Below, one piece after another: positions 41,371 through 51,700 of a stretch of 64,000 nt of DNA. Every line of letters starts with the position of its first letter. Positions within the stretch are counted from its first letter, which is position 1. A program made the translations under genes and the position numbers. The notes below the pieces were generated by a model, which was given only the letters and a program-made list of their open reading frames with translations, did no database searches and had not been told where the DNA came from. Source of the stretch: Synechococcus sp. (GTDB lineage: Bacteria; Cyanobacteriota; Cyanobacteriia; PCC-6307; Cyanobiaceae); NCBI GenBank assembly GCA_047285535.1, contig JBJBDC010000001.1, forward strand, positions 256,136 to 320,135, in the 5' to 3' direction.

Positions 41371-41423
41371 AGTCGAGATGCATCAGTTCTTACATTGCCC
41401 GTACCGCCCCCTCTGACAACGCC

Positions 41424-42785
41424 ATGGCCATTCCTTTTGAATCTGGCTGTGATCCAGTGAGTCCCAATCGAAATCTGGCTCCCGTTTCGGCTGAGTTGGA
41501 TGATCAGGGCCGTTTGTTGGTGGGTGGCTGCAGGTTGAGTGAACTTGCCGAGCGCTATGGAACGCCGCTCTACGTTTTGGATGAGACCAGTATTCGCGCT
41601 TCAGCTCAGGAGTATCGAGAGGCTCTTAAGCGTCACTATCCAGGCGACTCACTCGCCGTATACGCATCCAAGGCCCATAGTTCTCTCGCGATGACGGGAC
41701 TTGTTGCCTCGGAAGGTCTGGGTCTTGATGCTGTGTCTGCAGGGGAGCTGCTGACGGCGCTTGATGGAGGGATGCCGTCTGACCGAATGGTGCTGCATGG
41801 CAACAACAAGTCTATGGAGGAACTGGCCCTTGCTTACAGCCACGGAGTGATGGTGGTTGCGGATAATCAGCACGATCTTGATTGTCTTGCTGAGCTTGTA
41901 CCGCCGGATGGATCTCCGGTGCGGTTGATGCTGCGTTTCACGCCTGGCATCGAGTGCCATACGCATGAGTACATTCGTACTGGGCATTTGGACAGCAAGT
42001 TCGGCTTTGATCCCGATCAGTTGAGGCCCGTGCTGACCGCGTTGTGTCAGTGTCCATGGGCGCGCGTTGAAGGCTTGCATGCTCATATCGGCTCGCAGAT
42101 TTTTGAACTGGATCCCCATCGAGATTTGGCGGCCGTGATGGCTGATGCGCTCAAGTTGGCTCGTGATCTTGGTCACCCCGTTCGTGATCTGAATGTGGGA
42201 GGCGGACTTGGGATTCGTTATGTGGAATCCGATGATCCACCATCGATTGATGCTTGGGTCAAGGTGGTGGCCGAAGCCGTGGCATTGGCTTGCAGCGAAC
42301 GCAATCTTGAGTTGCCGCGTTTGATGTGTGAGCCTGGACGCTCACTCGTGGCTTCCAGTGGAGTCACGGTCTATCGCGTTGGCTCACGCAAGGTGGTTCC
42401 AGGCGTTCGCACTTATGTGTCCGTTGACGGTGGCATGAGCGATAACCCTCGCCCTATCACCTACCAATCGAATTACTCCGCATTCCTTGCAGATAGGCCC
42501 ATGGCAGCGGCAGATGAAATCATCACGTTGGCAGGCAAGCATTGCGAATCTGGCGATGTGTTGCTCAAAGATCTCTCTTTCCCTTCTTGCCGTAGCGGAG
42601 AGGTTTTGGTGGTGTTGGCAACGGGTGCTTACAACGCCTCTATGAGCTCCAACTACAACCGAATTCCGAGACCTGCAGCTGTGCTGGTCCATCAGGGAGT
42701 GGCTGAACTGATTCAGAGGCGTGAGCAGCCAGAGGATTTACTGCGATATGACCTCATGCCAGATCGCTTGCGCTCGCTAGTGTGA
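41424..42785 (+). CDS. lysA: Diaminopimelate decarboxylase
   Basis: YGTPLYV, YASKA, HAHIGSQ, EPGRS, GKHCESGD, GAYNASMSSNYN. Confidence 0.97.
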   Translation: MAIPFESGCDPVSPNRNLAPVSAELDDQGRLLVGGCRLSELAERYGTPLYVLDETSIRASAQEYREALKRHYPGDSLAVYASKAHSSLAMTGLVASEGLGLDAVSAGELLTALDGGMPSDRMVLHGNNKSMEELALAYSHGVMVVADNQHDLDCLAELVPPDGSPVRLMLRFTPGIECHTHEYIRTGHLDSKFGFDPDQLRPVLTALCQCPWARVEGLHAHIGSQIFELDPHRDLAAVMADALKLARDLGHPVRDLNVGGGLGIRYVESDDPPSIDAWVKVVAEAVALACSERNLELPRLMCEPGRSLVASSGVTVYRVGSRKVVPGVRTYVSVDGGMSDNPRPITYQSNYSAFLADRPMAAADEIITLAGKHCESGDVLLKDLSFPSCRSGEVLVVLATGAYNASMSSNYNRIPRPAAVLVHQGVAELIQRREQPEDLLRYDLMPDRLRSLV

Positions 42786-42815
42786 AATAGGAAGTTTTAG
42801 AGGTGCGTAAACGCA

Positions 42816-43649
42816 ATGGCGGTGTTGCAGCTTCGCCTGCTGATTGACGTTTTCTGCGCCTCTGCTCTTGGTTTTCTTCTCTTCACCAGGGTCAATGAGC
42901 AGCGAACCCTGTGGTTATTGCGGGGTTATCTGTTCCTGGTTGCTCTCGCTTGGTTCGTTAAACGGTTTTTCAACCTTCCGCTTACATCGACTTTAGTCGA
43001 TGCACTTGTTCTCGCTTGTTCGCTTTCTTTGGCCATTCTGTGGCAGGGAGAATTGCGTCGTTTGATGGAACTTCTCGGTACTGGAAAACTTGCTGTTCTT
43101 CTTGGTAACCCTCAAAGCAAGCTGAGAACTACAGCAAGCACAGTGGCGCAATTAACAGAAGCCGCTGGTCGGTTATCTAAATCTCGTCGTGGTGCTCTGA
43201 TTGTGGTTGATCTAGGCAGCGATCTTCGTCCCGAGGACTTTCTGAATCAAGGAGTCACTGTTGATGCTCAGTTGAGCACAGAATTGTTGCTTAATCTTTT
43301 TGCCTCCGATACTCCGCTCCATGATGGCGCAGTGTTGTTGAAGGGAAATCGGATTGTTTCCGCTGGTGTCATTCTGCCATTGTCACGTCAGGGAATCAGT
43401 CGCTACGGCACTAGGCATCTTGCGGCTCTGGGTATCACCGAAAGGTTCGATCGATGCATCTGCGTCGTCGTGTCTGAAGAAACAGGAACGTTGTCTCTTG
43501 CCAATCAGGGGAAGCTTGAACGCCCGATCACCAGTTCGCGTCTTCAGGATCTTCTCACCAATTTGATGGCGGTCTCGGTGTCCTTGACATCAACTAAATC
43601 CGCTTCTGCACTTAGCGTGAAGAAAGGTTCTCAGGAATCATTGTCTTGA
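42816..43649 (+). CDS. cdaA: Diadenylate cyclase
   Basis: Three TMs plus DAC motifs TPLHDGA, GTRHLAA, VVSEETG. Confidence 0.93.
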   Translation: MAVLQLRLLIDVFCASALGFLLFTRVNEQRTLWLLRGYLFLVALAWFVKRFFNLPLTSTLVDALVLACSLSLAILWQGELRRLMELLGTGKLAVLLGNPQSKLRTTASTVAQLTEAAGRLSKSRRGALIVVDLGSDLRPEDFLNQGVTVDAQLSTELLLNLFASDTPLHDGAVLLKGNRIVSAGVILPLSRQGISRYGTRHLAALGITERFDRCICVVVSEETGTLSLANQGKLERPITSSRLQDLLTNLMAVSVSLTSTKSASALSVKKGSQESLS

Positions 43650-44419
43650 GTCGTCGCTTGACCACTAGTTCAGACCAATCTCGTATTGAGGCTTGTCCTG
43701 TCGAGATCGACCCCGTACGACTACCTCGTCACGTGGCCGTGATTATGGATGGCAATGGACGTTGGGCACAATCCAGAGGTTTGCCGCGCGTCATGGGGCA
43801 TCGCGCTGGTGTTGAGGCGCTCAAAGCCACCCTGCGTCGATGCAGCGATTGGGGGGTCAAGGCTCTCACCGCTTATGCCTTTTCTACGGAGAACTGGTCA
43901 AGGCCTGGTGATGAAGTGAACTTTTTGATGATGTTGTTTGAGCGCGTGCTCGAGCGTGAGCTTCAGGCTTTAGAGGCTGAAAGAGTTCGTATTCGCTTTT
44001 TGGGTGATCTTGAGCCCCTGCCATTGCGCCTTCAGTCTTTGATTGAAGAGGCGACAAAGAGAACCGAAAGCAACGAAGGGATTCATTTCAACGTGTGCAC
44101 AAATTATGGAGGACGGCATGAGCTAGTGATTGCAGCTAGAAGGCTTGCAGAACGCGCCGCTAGGGGAGAGTTAGATCCTTCTCATATCAACGAACAAACC
44201 CTTGCCTGCGAGCTCTTCACCGCTGGGGAAATGGATCCGGATCTTTTGATTCGCACCAGCGGTGAATATCGAATCAGCAATTTTCTGCTTTGGCAGCTTG
44301 CTTATGCCGAAATCCACGTCACGGAGGTTCTCTGGCCTGATTTTGATCGTGAGGCGTTGATTAGAGCATTTCAGGATTATCAAAATCGAACCCGTCGCTT
44401 CGGGGGGTTGGTGGTCTAA
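43646..44419 (+). CDS. uppS: Isoprenyl transferase (undecaprenyl diphosphate synthase)
   Basis: [31 protein letters not shown]. Confidence 0.96.
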   Translation: MSRRLTTSSDQSRIEACPVEIDPVRLPRHVAVIMDGNGRWAQSRGLPRVMGHRAGVEALKATLRRCSDWGVKALTAYAFSTENWSRPGDEVNFLMMLFERVLERELQALEAERVRIRFLGDLEPLPLRLQSLIEEATKRTESNEGIHFNVCTNYGGRHELVIAARRLAERAARGELDPSHINEQTLACELFTAGEMDPDLLIRTSGEYRISNFLLWQLAYAEIHVTEVLWPDFDREALIRAFQDYQNRTRRFGGLVV

Positions 44420-44467
44420 TGGCCAATCCTCTGGGATCCTGAATGTTCGAGGTTCTTCTCAGGGTTG

Positions 44468-45445
44468 ATGACGGAAGCGGTCCAACTGCGCCATGACTGG
44501 TCGCGAGGCGAAATTGAAGAGCTTCTCAATCTTCCCCTGATGGATTTGCTTTGGCGTGCCCAAGGGGTGCATCGATCGTTCAATCCTGGCTATCACGTTC
44601 AGTTGGCATCACTTCTCAGTGTCAAAACAGGTGGTTGCGAAGAAGACTGTGCCTACTGCCCTCAATCGATGCATCACAGCAGTGATGTCACAGGTCAGCC
44701 TGAATTACAGGTTGATCCTGTTTTAGAGCGTGCCAAAGCTGCCAAGAAGGCTGGTGCGGACCGGTTTTGTATGGGTTGGGCTTGGCGTGAAATACGCGAC
44801 GGTGCCCCATTCGACGCCATGTTGAAGATGGTGCGTGGCGTGCGTGCTTTGGGAATGGAAGCCTGTGTTACAGCCGGGATGCTCACCGATGAGCAAGCGA
44901 AACGTCTCGCTGAGGCGGGTCTAACGGCCTACAACCACAACCTCGACACCAGTCCTGAGCATTACGACAAAATTATTACCACTCGGACCTTCCAAGAACG
45001 TTTGGAGACGCTTGAGCGTGTGCGACATGCTGGTGTGACCCTTTGCTGCGGCGGGATCATTGGCATGGGGGAAACCGTGGCAGACCGCGCCTCCATGCTG
45101 CAGGTGCTGGCATCGATCAAGCCCCATCCAGAAAGCGTCCCGATTAACGCCTTGGTAGCGGTGGAGGGCACACCGCTCGAGGAACTCCCTCCCATCGATC
45201 CCATCGAATTGGTTCGCATGATTGCCGTCACCAGGATCCTGATGCCAGGTAGTCGCGTTCGCCTGAGTGCGGGTCGGGAACAGCTCAGCCAGGAGGCTCA
45301 AATTTTGTGTTTGCAGGCTGGTGCGGATTCGATTTTTTATGGCGAAACGCTCCTTACAACAGGCAACCCCGCTGTAGAAGCTGACCGTGAGCTGCTTCGC
45401 ACTGCCGGTGTGCAGGCCAACTGGAACACCCCTGCGGCCGCCTGA
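44468..45445 (+). CDS. bioB: Biotin synthase
   Basis: [34 protein letters not shown]. Confidence 0.97.
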   Translation: MTEAVQLRHDWSRGEIEELLNLPLMDLLWRAQGVHRSFNPGYHVQLASLLSVKTGGCEEDCAYCPQSMHHSSDVTGQPELQVDPVLERAKAAKKAGADRFCMGWAWREIRDGAPFDAMLKMVRGVRALGMEACVTAGMLTDEQAKRLAEAGLTAYNHNLDTSPEHYDKIITTRTFQERLETLERVRHAGVTLCCGGIIGMGETVADRASMLQVLASIKPHPESVPINALVAVEGTPLEELPPIDPIELVRMIAVTRILMPGSRVRLSAGREQLSQEAQILCLQAGADSIFYGETLLTTGNPAVEADRELLRTAGVQANWNTPAAA

Positions 45446-46398
45446 TGGAACCTGCGATGGGAGCAAATGAGATCAAGGGTGATCTGCTTGTTGCGGCGTT
45501 TTACGCCTTCACTCCTTTGGCTGAGGCGAATCAACAGCAGCTGCTCACCGCTCTCCCTCCCCTGGCGCAGACTGAAACCGTTCTCGGGTCCGTGTTGATC
45601 GCTGCTGAAGGTGTGAACGGCACGGTCTGTGGTCCTCCGTCTGGCGTGGAGCGCCTGCTCGACCTCTTACGCAGCCAACTTCTGCTTGGCGATGCCCATT
45701 ACGAGCGTCTGGAGGTGAAGCGCAGCTGGAATCCCCATCAAGTTTTTCGGCGTTTTAAGGCCAGGAGCAAGCGAGAGATCGTGACGCTTGGACGACCTCA
45801 AGTGGATCCTCGAGACAGTGTTGGCACCTATGTGGATCCTCAAGACTGGAATGCCTTGATTGATGATCCCGACACTTTGGTGATCGATGCGCGTAACAGC
45901 TATGAGGTGGCGATCGGCAGTTTTGTGGGGGCCTTGAATCCGCAAACTCAGAGCTTCCGAGATTTTCCTAACTGGGTGGATCAGAAGCTTCGTCCTCGCG
46001 TTGCCCAGGAGGCCCCGCAGCGGATTGCCATGTTTTGCACTGGAGGCATCCGCTGTGAAAAGGCCAGCAGTTTTCTGCAACAGCAGGGATTCGGCGAAGT
46101 GCATCATTTGCGTGGCGGCATTCTTCGCTATCTCGAAGAGGTTCCAGAGCAGAACAGCCGTTGGCAAGGGGAGTGTTTTGTGTTCGATCAGCGCGTTGCC
46201 CTCAATCATCAGTTGGAACGAGGTGACTACTGCCTTTGCCATGCCTGCGGTTTGCCGGTTTCGTCAGAGCAGCAGACTCTGCCGAGCTACATCAAGGGAG
46301 TGCAGTGTTTGCATTGCATCGACCAATTCACAGATGCAGATCGCAGAAGATTTGCAATGCGCCAACGGCAGATCGACCAGCTCGCTGCCCAGGGCTAG
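45445..46398 (+). CDS. trhO: Rhodanese-domain tRNA hydroxylase (TrhO/UPF0176)
   Basis: EGVNGT, DARNSYE, MFCTGGIRCEKAS, GECFVFD. Confidence 0.9.
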   Translation: MEPAMGANEIKGDLLVAAFYAFTPLAEANQQQLLTALPPLAQTETVLGSVLIAAEGVNGTVCGPPSGVERLLDLLRSQLLLGDAHYERLEVKRSWNPHQVFRRFKARSKREIVTLGRPQVDPRDSVGTYVDPQDWNALIDDPDTLVIDARNSYEVAIGSFVGALNPQTQSFRDFPNWVDQKLRPRVAQEAPQRIAMFCTGGIRCEKASSFLQQQGFGEVHHLRGGILRYLEEVPEQNSRWQGECFVFDQRVALNHQLERGDYCLCHACGLPVSSEQQTLPSYIKGVQCLHCIDQFTDADRRRFAMRQRQIDQLAAQG

Positions 46399-46433
46399 TG
46401 CTTCAGTGGCCATGACTTGCGTTCAGGCTTCGC

Positions 46434-47411
46434 TTGCTGCCAATCCTTTACAGCTTTCGCCGTTGTCCCTATGCGATGCGTGCTCGCTGGGCCCTGCTCG
46501 AGGCAGGTCTCATCGTGCAGTTGAGAGAAATTCAACTCAAGGCCAAGCCTGCAGCGATGCTGGAGGCCTCTCCTAAGGGCACGGTTCCGGTTCTGGTCTT
46601 CGCTGACGGCAGCGTGATCGATGAGAGTTTGGCAATCATGCACTGGGCCTTTCGGCAGGCTGATCCTCGTGGCGTATTGGAGGCGAAGCAATCGATCGTC
46701 TTGATTAAAGAAAATGATGGGTTGTTTAAGCATCATCTTGATCGTTTCAAGTACACCGATCGCTATCCGGGAGCCTCAAAGGAGGAGCATCGCCAGGCGG
46801 GTCTGCTGATCCTGCGCAGCTGGAGCGAACGCATCAGCAGGAATGGCTGGTTGCTTGCCGATCGCATGGCGTTGGCGGATGCGGCCCTATGGCCGTTTGT
46901 ACGGCAGTGGCGTCTTGCCGATGTTGCTGGGTTTGATGCTGATCCTCACTTGGCACCATTGCGGCAGTGGCTTAGGCGCTTTCTCGAGGACCCGATGATG
47001 GAACGGCTAATGCAACGTGCTGATCCCTGGTTGCCAGGTGGAATGCAACCGAATTTTCCTGCTGATGCGATTGCGATTCCCATGGACCAACCGTTGTTTC
47101 ATCTCGCCTTGGAGTCCGATTGGCAGGCGGCTCTAGAGCAAGGCGACTATCGGGTTTCAACGCGAGGCTTGTCCCTTGAGCAGGTGGGATTCATTCATTT
47201 GTCTTGGCAAGAGCAGGTGCAAGCCACGTTTGACAGGTTTTATGCCGACGCTGATGCAGTGCTGATGCTCAGAATCAATCCGAAGATGGTGTCTGTTCCT
47301 TTGCGGGCAGATGCCAGCCATACAGGCGAGCTCTTCCCGCATCTGTATGGCCCGCTTCCCATTGCCTCGGTGGTCGAGGCGAGTTCTTTTCCTTCTCTGC
47401 CAGCGTGCTGA
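46434..47411 (+). CDS. Glutathione S-transferase fused to DUF952
   Basis: LYSFRRCPYAMRAR and KGTVPVL (GST); C-terminal GFIHLS...LFPHLYGPL (DUF952). Confidence 0.85.
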   Translation: MLPILYSFRRCPYAMRARWALLEAGLIVQLREIQLKAKPAAMLEASPKGTVPVLVFADGSVIDESLAIMHWAFRQADPRGVLEAKQSIVLIKENDGLFKHHLDRFKYTDRYPGASKEEHRQAGLLILRSWSERISRNGWLLADRMALADAALWPFVRQWRLADVAGFDADPHLAPLRQWLRRFLEDPMMERLMQRADPWLPGGMQPNFPADAIAIPMDQPLFHLALESDWQAALEQGDYRVSTRGLSLEQVGFIHLSWQEQVQATFDRFYADADAVLMLRINPKMVSVPLRADASHTGELFPHLYGPLPIASVVEASSFPSLPAC

Positions 47412-47914
47412 TGCTCAATGAATTAGAGGCTCAGGCGAGAGAGCGAGGCTTGCTGCTACGACTCAAGGTTGGACGCCCCCTAGGGCTGTGGAGTTTGCGC
47501 TTGGTTGTGGCTGAACAGCTGGCTGCTGATCGCTTGCAACTCCAAGGCGAGATGAAAGCCTGGGCCTATGGATCCACCAATGGATTGCAGCTCGATACGA
47601 TGCGTGTTCGTCCCCAAGCTCCTGCTGGAACAGGCGATTTGATCTGGGCTGCCACCATGGCTTGGGCGCTTGAGTCCACCCCTTGCCTGAGGGCCAGATT
47701 GTTGGCGATTCGCGATGCCGATGGCCAGCATCGGCGTTTGGTGCGCTACTTCCAGCAGCGGGGCTTCAACACGGTGCTTGAGGTGGAGGGAGCTGTTTGG
47801 GATTTGCCTCTGCGGATGGTTTGGGGCGGTGCTGGTTCGCTGATGACGGGTGATTGTGGCGACGTACAGCAGCGTGCTGCGCAGCGCTGGACGGCTCATT
47901 CATCCGCCGCGTGA
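47405..47914 (+). CDS. Conserved hypothetical protein
   Basis: [35 protein letters not shown]; overlaps the upstream stop. Confidence 0.75.
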   Translation: MLMLNELEAQARERGLLLRLKVGRPLGLWSLRLVVAEQLAADRLQLQGEMKAWAYGSTNGLQLDTMRVRPQAPAGTGDLIWAATMAWALESTPCLRARLLAIRDADGQHRRLVRYFQQRGFNTVLEVEGAVWDLPLRMVWGGAGSLMTGDCGDVQQRAAQRWTAHSSAA

Positions 47915-48837
47915 TAGCTGCTTCGCACTAATGGTCCACTGCGCACTTGAGCAAACCCGAGGTCGGTGGCGATGGCACCAAGCTCTGCAAATTCCTTGGG
48001 GTCCCAGTATCGCGCTACAGGGATATGGGCCAAGGATGGTCTGAGGTACTGGCCGAGAGTGATGCGCTGACAGTCAACACTGCGTAGATCTTTGAGGGTG
48101 TCGACCACTTCGTCTTTGCTCTCACCCAAGCCAAGCATCAGCCCGCTTTTGGTTGGTATCGATGGGGCAAGTTTGCGGGCCGCGGCAAGCAGCCCAAGCG
48201 AGCGGGTGTAAGTCGCTCCACGGCGCACTTCGGCTTGGAGTCGTTTCACCGTTTCCAGATTGTGGTTGAAACAAACGGGCTGTGCCTGAAGAACGCGGGC
48301 TAGACGTTGCTGTTGAGCCTGGAGTGCTTTGGCTGGATCGGCTACACCGCCCCAGAAGTCTGGTGTGAGCACCTCGATGGCGATGCCAGGATGGCGGGCA
48401 CGGATCGCCGCCATCGCGTTCGTGAACAAGCTGGCCCCATGGTCTTCCAGGTCATCGCGGGCTACGGCCGTGAGGACCACGTAGCGCAGTCCCATGCGAA
48501 GCACGGCTTCTGCGACCCGTTCCCCTTCTTCAGGGTTCACCGCTTCGGGTGAGCGTCCTTTATCCACTTGGCAGAACGCACAACTACGGGTGCAGATGGA
48601 GCCACCCAGCAAAAAGGTTGCGGTACCGGCTGCATAACACTCCCCTCGATTGGGGCAGCGGCCTTCCTCACAAATGGTGTGCAAACCATTGTGTTTGACC
48701 AGGGTTTGCACCTGTTCGATGGACGACGCATTGCCAATGGGCCGTCTCAACCATTCCGGCAAACGCTCATTGGGCCGTATTTCGCTGTAACGGCTCATGC
48801 TTCTCTTCCTATCCGCGTTCCTGGGAGTTTCATTCAA
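47896..48837 (-). CDS. lipA: Lipoyl synthase
   Basis: [38 protein letters not shown]. Confidence 0.97.
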   Translation of the reverse strand: MNETPRNADRKRSMSRYSEIRPNERLPEWLRRPIGNASSIEQVQTLVKHNGLHTICEEGRCPNRGECYAAGTATFLLGGSICTRSCAFCQVDKGRSPEAVNPEEGERVAEAVLRMGLRYVVLTAVARDDLEDHGASLFTNAMAAIRARHPGIAIEVLTPDFWGGVADPAKALQAQQQRLARVLQAQPVCFNHNLETVKRLQAEVRRGATYTRSLGLLAAARKLAPSIPTKSGLMLGLGESKDEVVDTLKDLRSVDCQRITLGQYLRPSLAHIPVARYWDPKEFAELGAIATDLGFAQVRSGPLVRSSYHAADE

Positions 48838-49429
48838 CGGCTCGACGGCCTTCGAGAGCGCGACTCAAGGTGACGTCGTCGGCATATTCAAGTTCGCTGC
48901 CAACAGGAAGGCCGTAGGCGATGCGACTCACTTTTGTGAAAGGTTTGAGCAATCGGGCGACATAGAGGCTGGTGGTATCACCTTCCACGCTTGGAGTGAG
49001 CGCAAGGATCACTTCTTTGATTTCGTCTGCCGCAACCCTTTGAACAAGGCTGCTGACCTGCAGCATTTCTGGGCCGATGCCATCCATTGGGGAGATCAGA
49101 CCTCCGAGTACATGGTAGTAACCGGCATATTCCCGGGTGCGTTCGAGGGCGAGTAGATCCCTTGAATCGGCCACCACGCAGAGCAAACCATTGGCGCGGT
49201 CAGGATTTCGGCAGATTTCACAGATCGGTTCGGCGCTGAGATGGAAACAGCTTTGGCATTGCCCTACCTGACGTCTTGCTGCCAGCAGAGCATTAGCAAA
49301 GCTCTGAATTTGTTCTTCTGGTTGGCGCAGCAAATGCAGAGCCAGCCTTTGTGCTGTCCGTGGACCGATACCAGGGAGACGTTCAAACTGGTCGATCAAC
49401 CGGGCTAACGGTCGGGTGAAGCCGCTCAG
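48830..49429 (-). CDS. recR: Recombination mediator RecR (probable CTG start)
   Basis: [13 protein letters not shown], Zn finger, Toprim; in-frame [16 protein letters not shown] preceded by GGAG. Confidence 0.95.
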   Translation of the reverse strand: MSGFTRPLARLIDQFERLPGIGPRTAQRLALHLLRQPEEQIQSFANALLAARRQVGQCQSCFHLSAEPICEICRNPDRANGLLCVVADSRDLLALERTREYAGYYHVLGGLISPMDGIGPEMLQVSSLVQRVAADEIKEVILALTPSVEGDTTSLYVARLLKPFTKVSRIAYGLPVGSELEYADDVTLSRALEGRRAVE

Positions 49430-49492
49430 AACTTTTCTCCAAGTGTCTGAAATCTAAGCAAGTTGATCTCCGGGCAGAATGAAATGGTTTGA

Positions 49493-50059
49493 ATGAACGA
49501 TTCGATGCGCTTCCAGCTGCAAGTTCCGCTCCGATTGCTTCTCAGCGTTTTCTGTGTAGTAGCACTAACCGCTTGCAGTGGTGCTGGAGGTGGTCTGAAT
49601 TCGTTTCAGAGCCCAGATGGGAGGTTTGCCTTTCTCTATCCCAATGGTTGGACGCGGGTGGCTGTGACAGGTGGCCCCACCGTTGTGTTTCATGATTTGA
49701 TCAATAGTGATGAAACAGTGAGCCTTGTCATTTCAAATGTAGAGGCCGATAACGATCTTCAGAAACTGGGAAGTGCTGTCGCGGTTGGTGAACGTTTGCG
49801 TCGTGATGTCATCGCCCCAGATGGAAGCGGTAGAAACGCAGAGCTGATCGAGGCGAGTGAACGGGAGGCCTCTGGCCACATGTTCTACGATTTGGAGTAC
49901 GCCGTTCATCTTCAGGACCGCGATCGTCATGAGCTAGCCACCGTTGTGGTGGATCGTGGACGTTTGTACACCCTGGCGGCTAGCACCAACGAAAGCCGAT
50001 GGCCTCGGGTTAAAGATTTGTTTGAATCCGTCATTACATCGTTTACTTTGTTGATCTGA
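49493..50059 (+). CDS. psbP: Photosystem II PsbP-like lipoprotein (CyanoP)
   Basis: Lipobox LTAC, FLYPNGW, VVFHDLI, GRLYTLAAST. Confidence 0.9.
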   Translation: MNDSMRFQLQVPLRLLLSVFCVVALTACSGAGGGLNSFQSPDGRFAFLYPNGWTRVAVTGGPTVVFHDLINSDETVSLVISNVEADNDLQKLGSAVAVGERLRRDVIAPDGSGRNAELIEASEREASGHMFYDLEYAVHLQDRDRHELATVVVDRGRLYTLAASTNESRWPRVKDLFESVITSFTLLI

Positions 50060-50098
50060 TCTGCGAATCATTGATTCACTGATCAGATCAACAAAGTA
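50044..50098. terminator. Long hairpin (18-bp perfect inverted repeat) over the psbP stop
   Basis: TACTTTGTTGATCTGATC ... GATCAGATCAACAAAGTA, with extra inner GAATCA/TGATTC pairing. Confidence 0.7.
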
Positions 50099-50190
50099 TT
50101 TAGGTTAACGTTGTCAAGTCTGATCAAAAAACTGATGACAGAGTCTCTTTTTCCCTTGATTTGTTTTACGATGGGTAATCACTAGAGATA

Positions 50191-51504
50191 TTGATGTTGT
50201 CTCTAACGTCATTTCGAAAAATAAAACATCGTTGGGATGGTCTCAATGACCATCAACAGGTTGCTGCCTGCTTGGCTGGTATCGGTGGATTGTTGACGGC
50301 TTGGTTGGTGTTGTGGCCTGTTCCTACACAGGTTCAAGGTAAAGGTGTTTTGATCTATCCAAATAATGCCGGTGTTTTGAATGCCAGATCTGCTGGACAG
50401 GTTCTGAATATTGATGTGCGAGTGGGTGATCGAGTCAGGAAAAATCAGGTGTTAATGACGCTTTATTTGCCCGAGCTTGAACGTGAGTTAGAGCAACAGA
50501 AGGGCAACTTGAAGCAGCTCCAAAAGCAAAATGTTGAGTTGGATAAGCGCGACGCTTTGAGAATCGACACTGCTCGCCAGGCTCTCGACACCACCCTTGC
50601 CAAGCTCACAGATGATGAGCAACGTCTTGGTGAACTCCAGAGCACCTTCGCAGCCAAGCTTGAAAATCTAAGTTGGTTGTCACGTCGAGCCGTTGTAGCT
50701 CCACTGTCCAGTGATGTTGTGGCAGCGCAGCAGGGATTGACAAGCACCAGCGTTGCATTGGATGACCTCAAGATTCAACGAAAAGAGGCACTCACTACCT
50801 TCCAACAGATCAAGTTGGATGTTGAAACGGAACAGTTCGATCGCACTTTTCAGATTGATGATCTCATGCGTCAAATTCGCGTGAGTGAGGCGAAAATTGC
50901 ATTCGATGGCACGATCACTGCCCAGCGCGATGGCCGTGTGTTGGATCTTCAGGTGATTGCCGGTCAGACCATCAAAATGGGTGATCGCCTTGGCACTATT
51001 GGTCGTGGTGAGGTTGCATCAGGTAAGAGTCCCGATCTGATCGCTGTTTCTTATTTTCAACCTGCCGATGCTCGCCGGCTTCCCCTAGGACTACCCGTTG
51101 AGGTCGTCCCGCGTTGGAACCAACGTGGTCGTTTTGGCGGAATTGAAGGCAAGGTAACCAATGTTCTTCCTTTGCCATCAACACTGGAGGATATATCCAC
51201 CACAACAGGTAATTCACAGCTGGCCAGGGACTTGGCTGGAGATGGTCCGGTCATGCGAACTGAGATCAGCCTTCTTCGAGAATCTCAGTCTGATGACGGC
51301 TATCTCTGGACGCTTTCTGATGGCAGTGGTGTGTTCCCGATCCGTGATGGTTTGACGGTTGACACGTTTGCCTATGTCGAATGGCGATCTCCGATTACCT
51401 ATGTGTTGCCTGGGCTGCGTTCGCTAACAGGTGGTTACCGCACATTCAGGATTGATCGCGTGTTTGATTTACCTTTCCTGCGACAACCCGACACTCTTCC
51501 CTGA
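50191..51504 (+). CDS. HlyD-family membrane fusion protein, NHLM/NHLP bacteriocin-secretion type
   Basis: TM plus VQGKGVLIYP, lipoyl-like halves, coiled coil, RFGGIEGKV, GYLWT, PITYVLPGLRSLTG. Confidence 0.85.
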   Translation: MMLSLTSFRKIKHRWDGLNDHQQVAACLAGIGGLLTAWLVLWPVPTQVQGKGVLIYPNNAGVLNARSAGQVLNIDVRVGDRVRKNQVLMTLYLPELERELEQQKGNLKQLQKQNVELDKRDALRIDTARQALDTTLAKLTDDEQRLGELQSTFAAKLENLSWLSRRAVVAPLSSDVVAAQQGLTSTSVALDDLKIQRKEALTTFQQIKLDVETEQFDRTFQIDDLMRQIRVSEAKIAFDGTITAQRDGRVLDLQVIAGQTIKMGDRLGTIGRGEVASGKSPDLIAVSYFQPADARRLPLGLPVEVVPRWNQRGRFGGIEGKVTNVLPLPSTLEDISTTTGNSQLARDLAGDGPVMRTEISLLRESQSDDGYLWTLSDGSGVFPIRDGLTVDTFAYVEWRSPITYVLPGLRSLTGGYRTFRIDRVFDLPFLRQPDTLP

Positions 51505-51517
51505 GTCCTTTCTCGCT

Positions 51518-51688
51518 ATGTCAATGCGACCATTGTTGAAACAAGAAATCCCTTGGCTGATTGCTGAGATCGTTTTGCTGATCATCTTGTTGAATGCTAA
51601 TCCTCCTGAATTGTGGTTTTGGTTTGTCGTCTTTTTAGTGGTTTTTGGTTATCGGATTGAGCGTTGGTGGTCGTCGCGTGCTGATTAG
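51518..51688 (+). CDS. Small two-TM membrane protein (56 aa)
   Basis: EIPWLIAEIVLLIILLNANPPELWFWFVVFLVVFGYRIERWW. Confidence 0.65.
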   Translation: MSMRPLLKQEIPWLIAEIVLLIILLNANPPELWFWFVVFLVVFGYRIERWWSSRAD

Positions 51689-51700
51689 TCGATTTGGTAT

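Noticed and set aside
44468..48837. BioB or LipA as the GrrA maturase
   Set aside because: Both are housekeeping radical SAM enzymes with no SPASM domain
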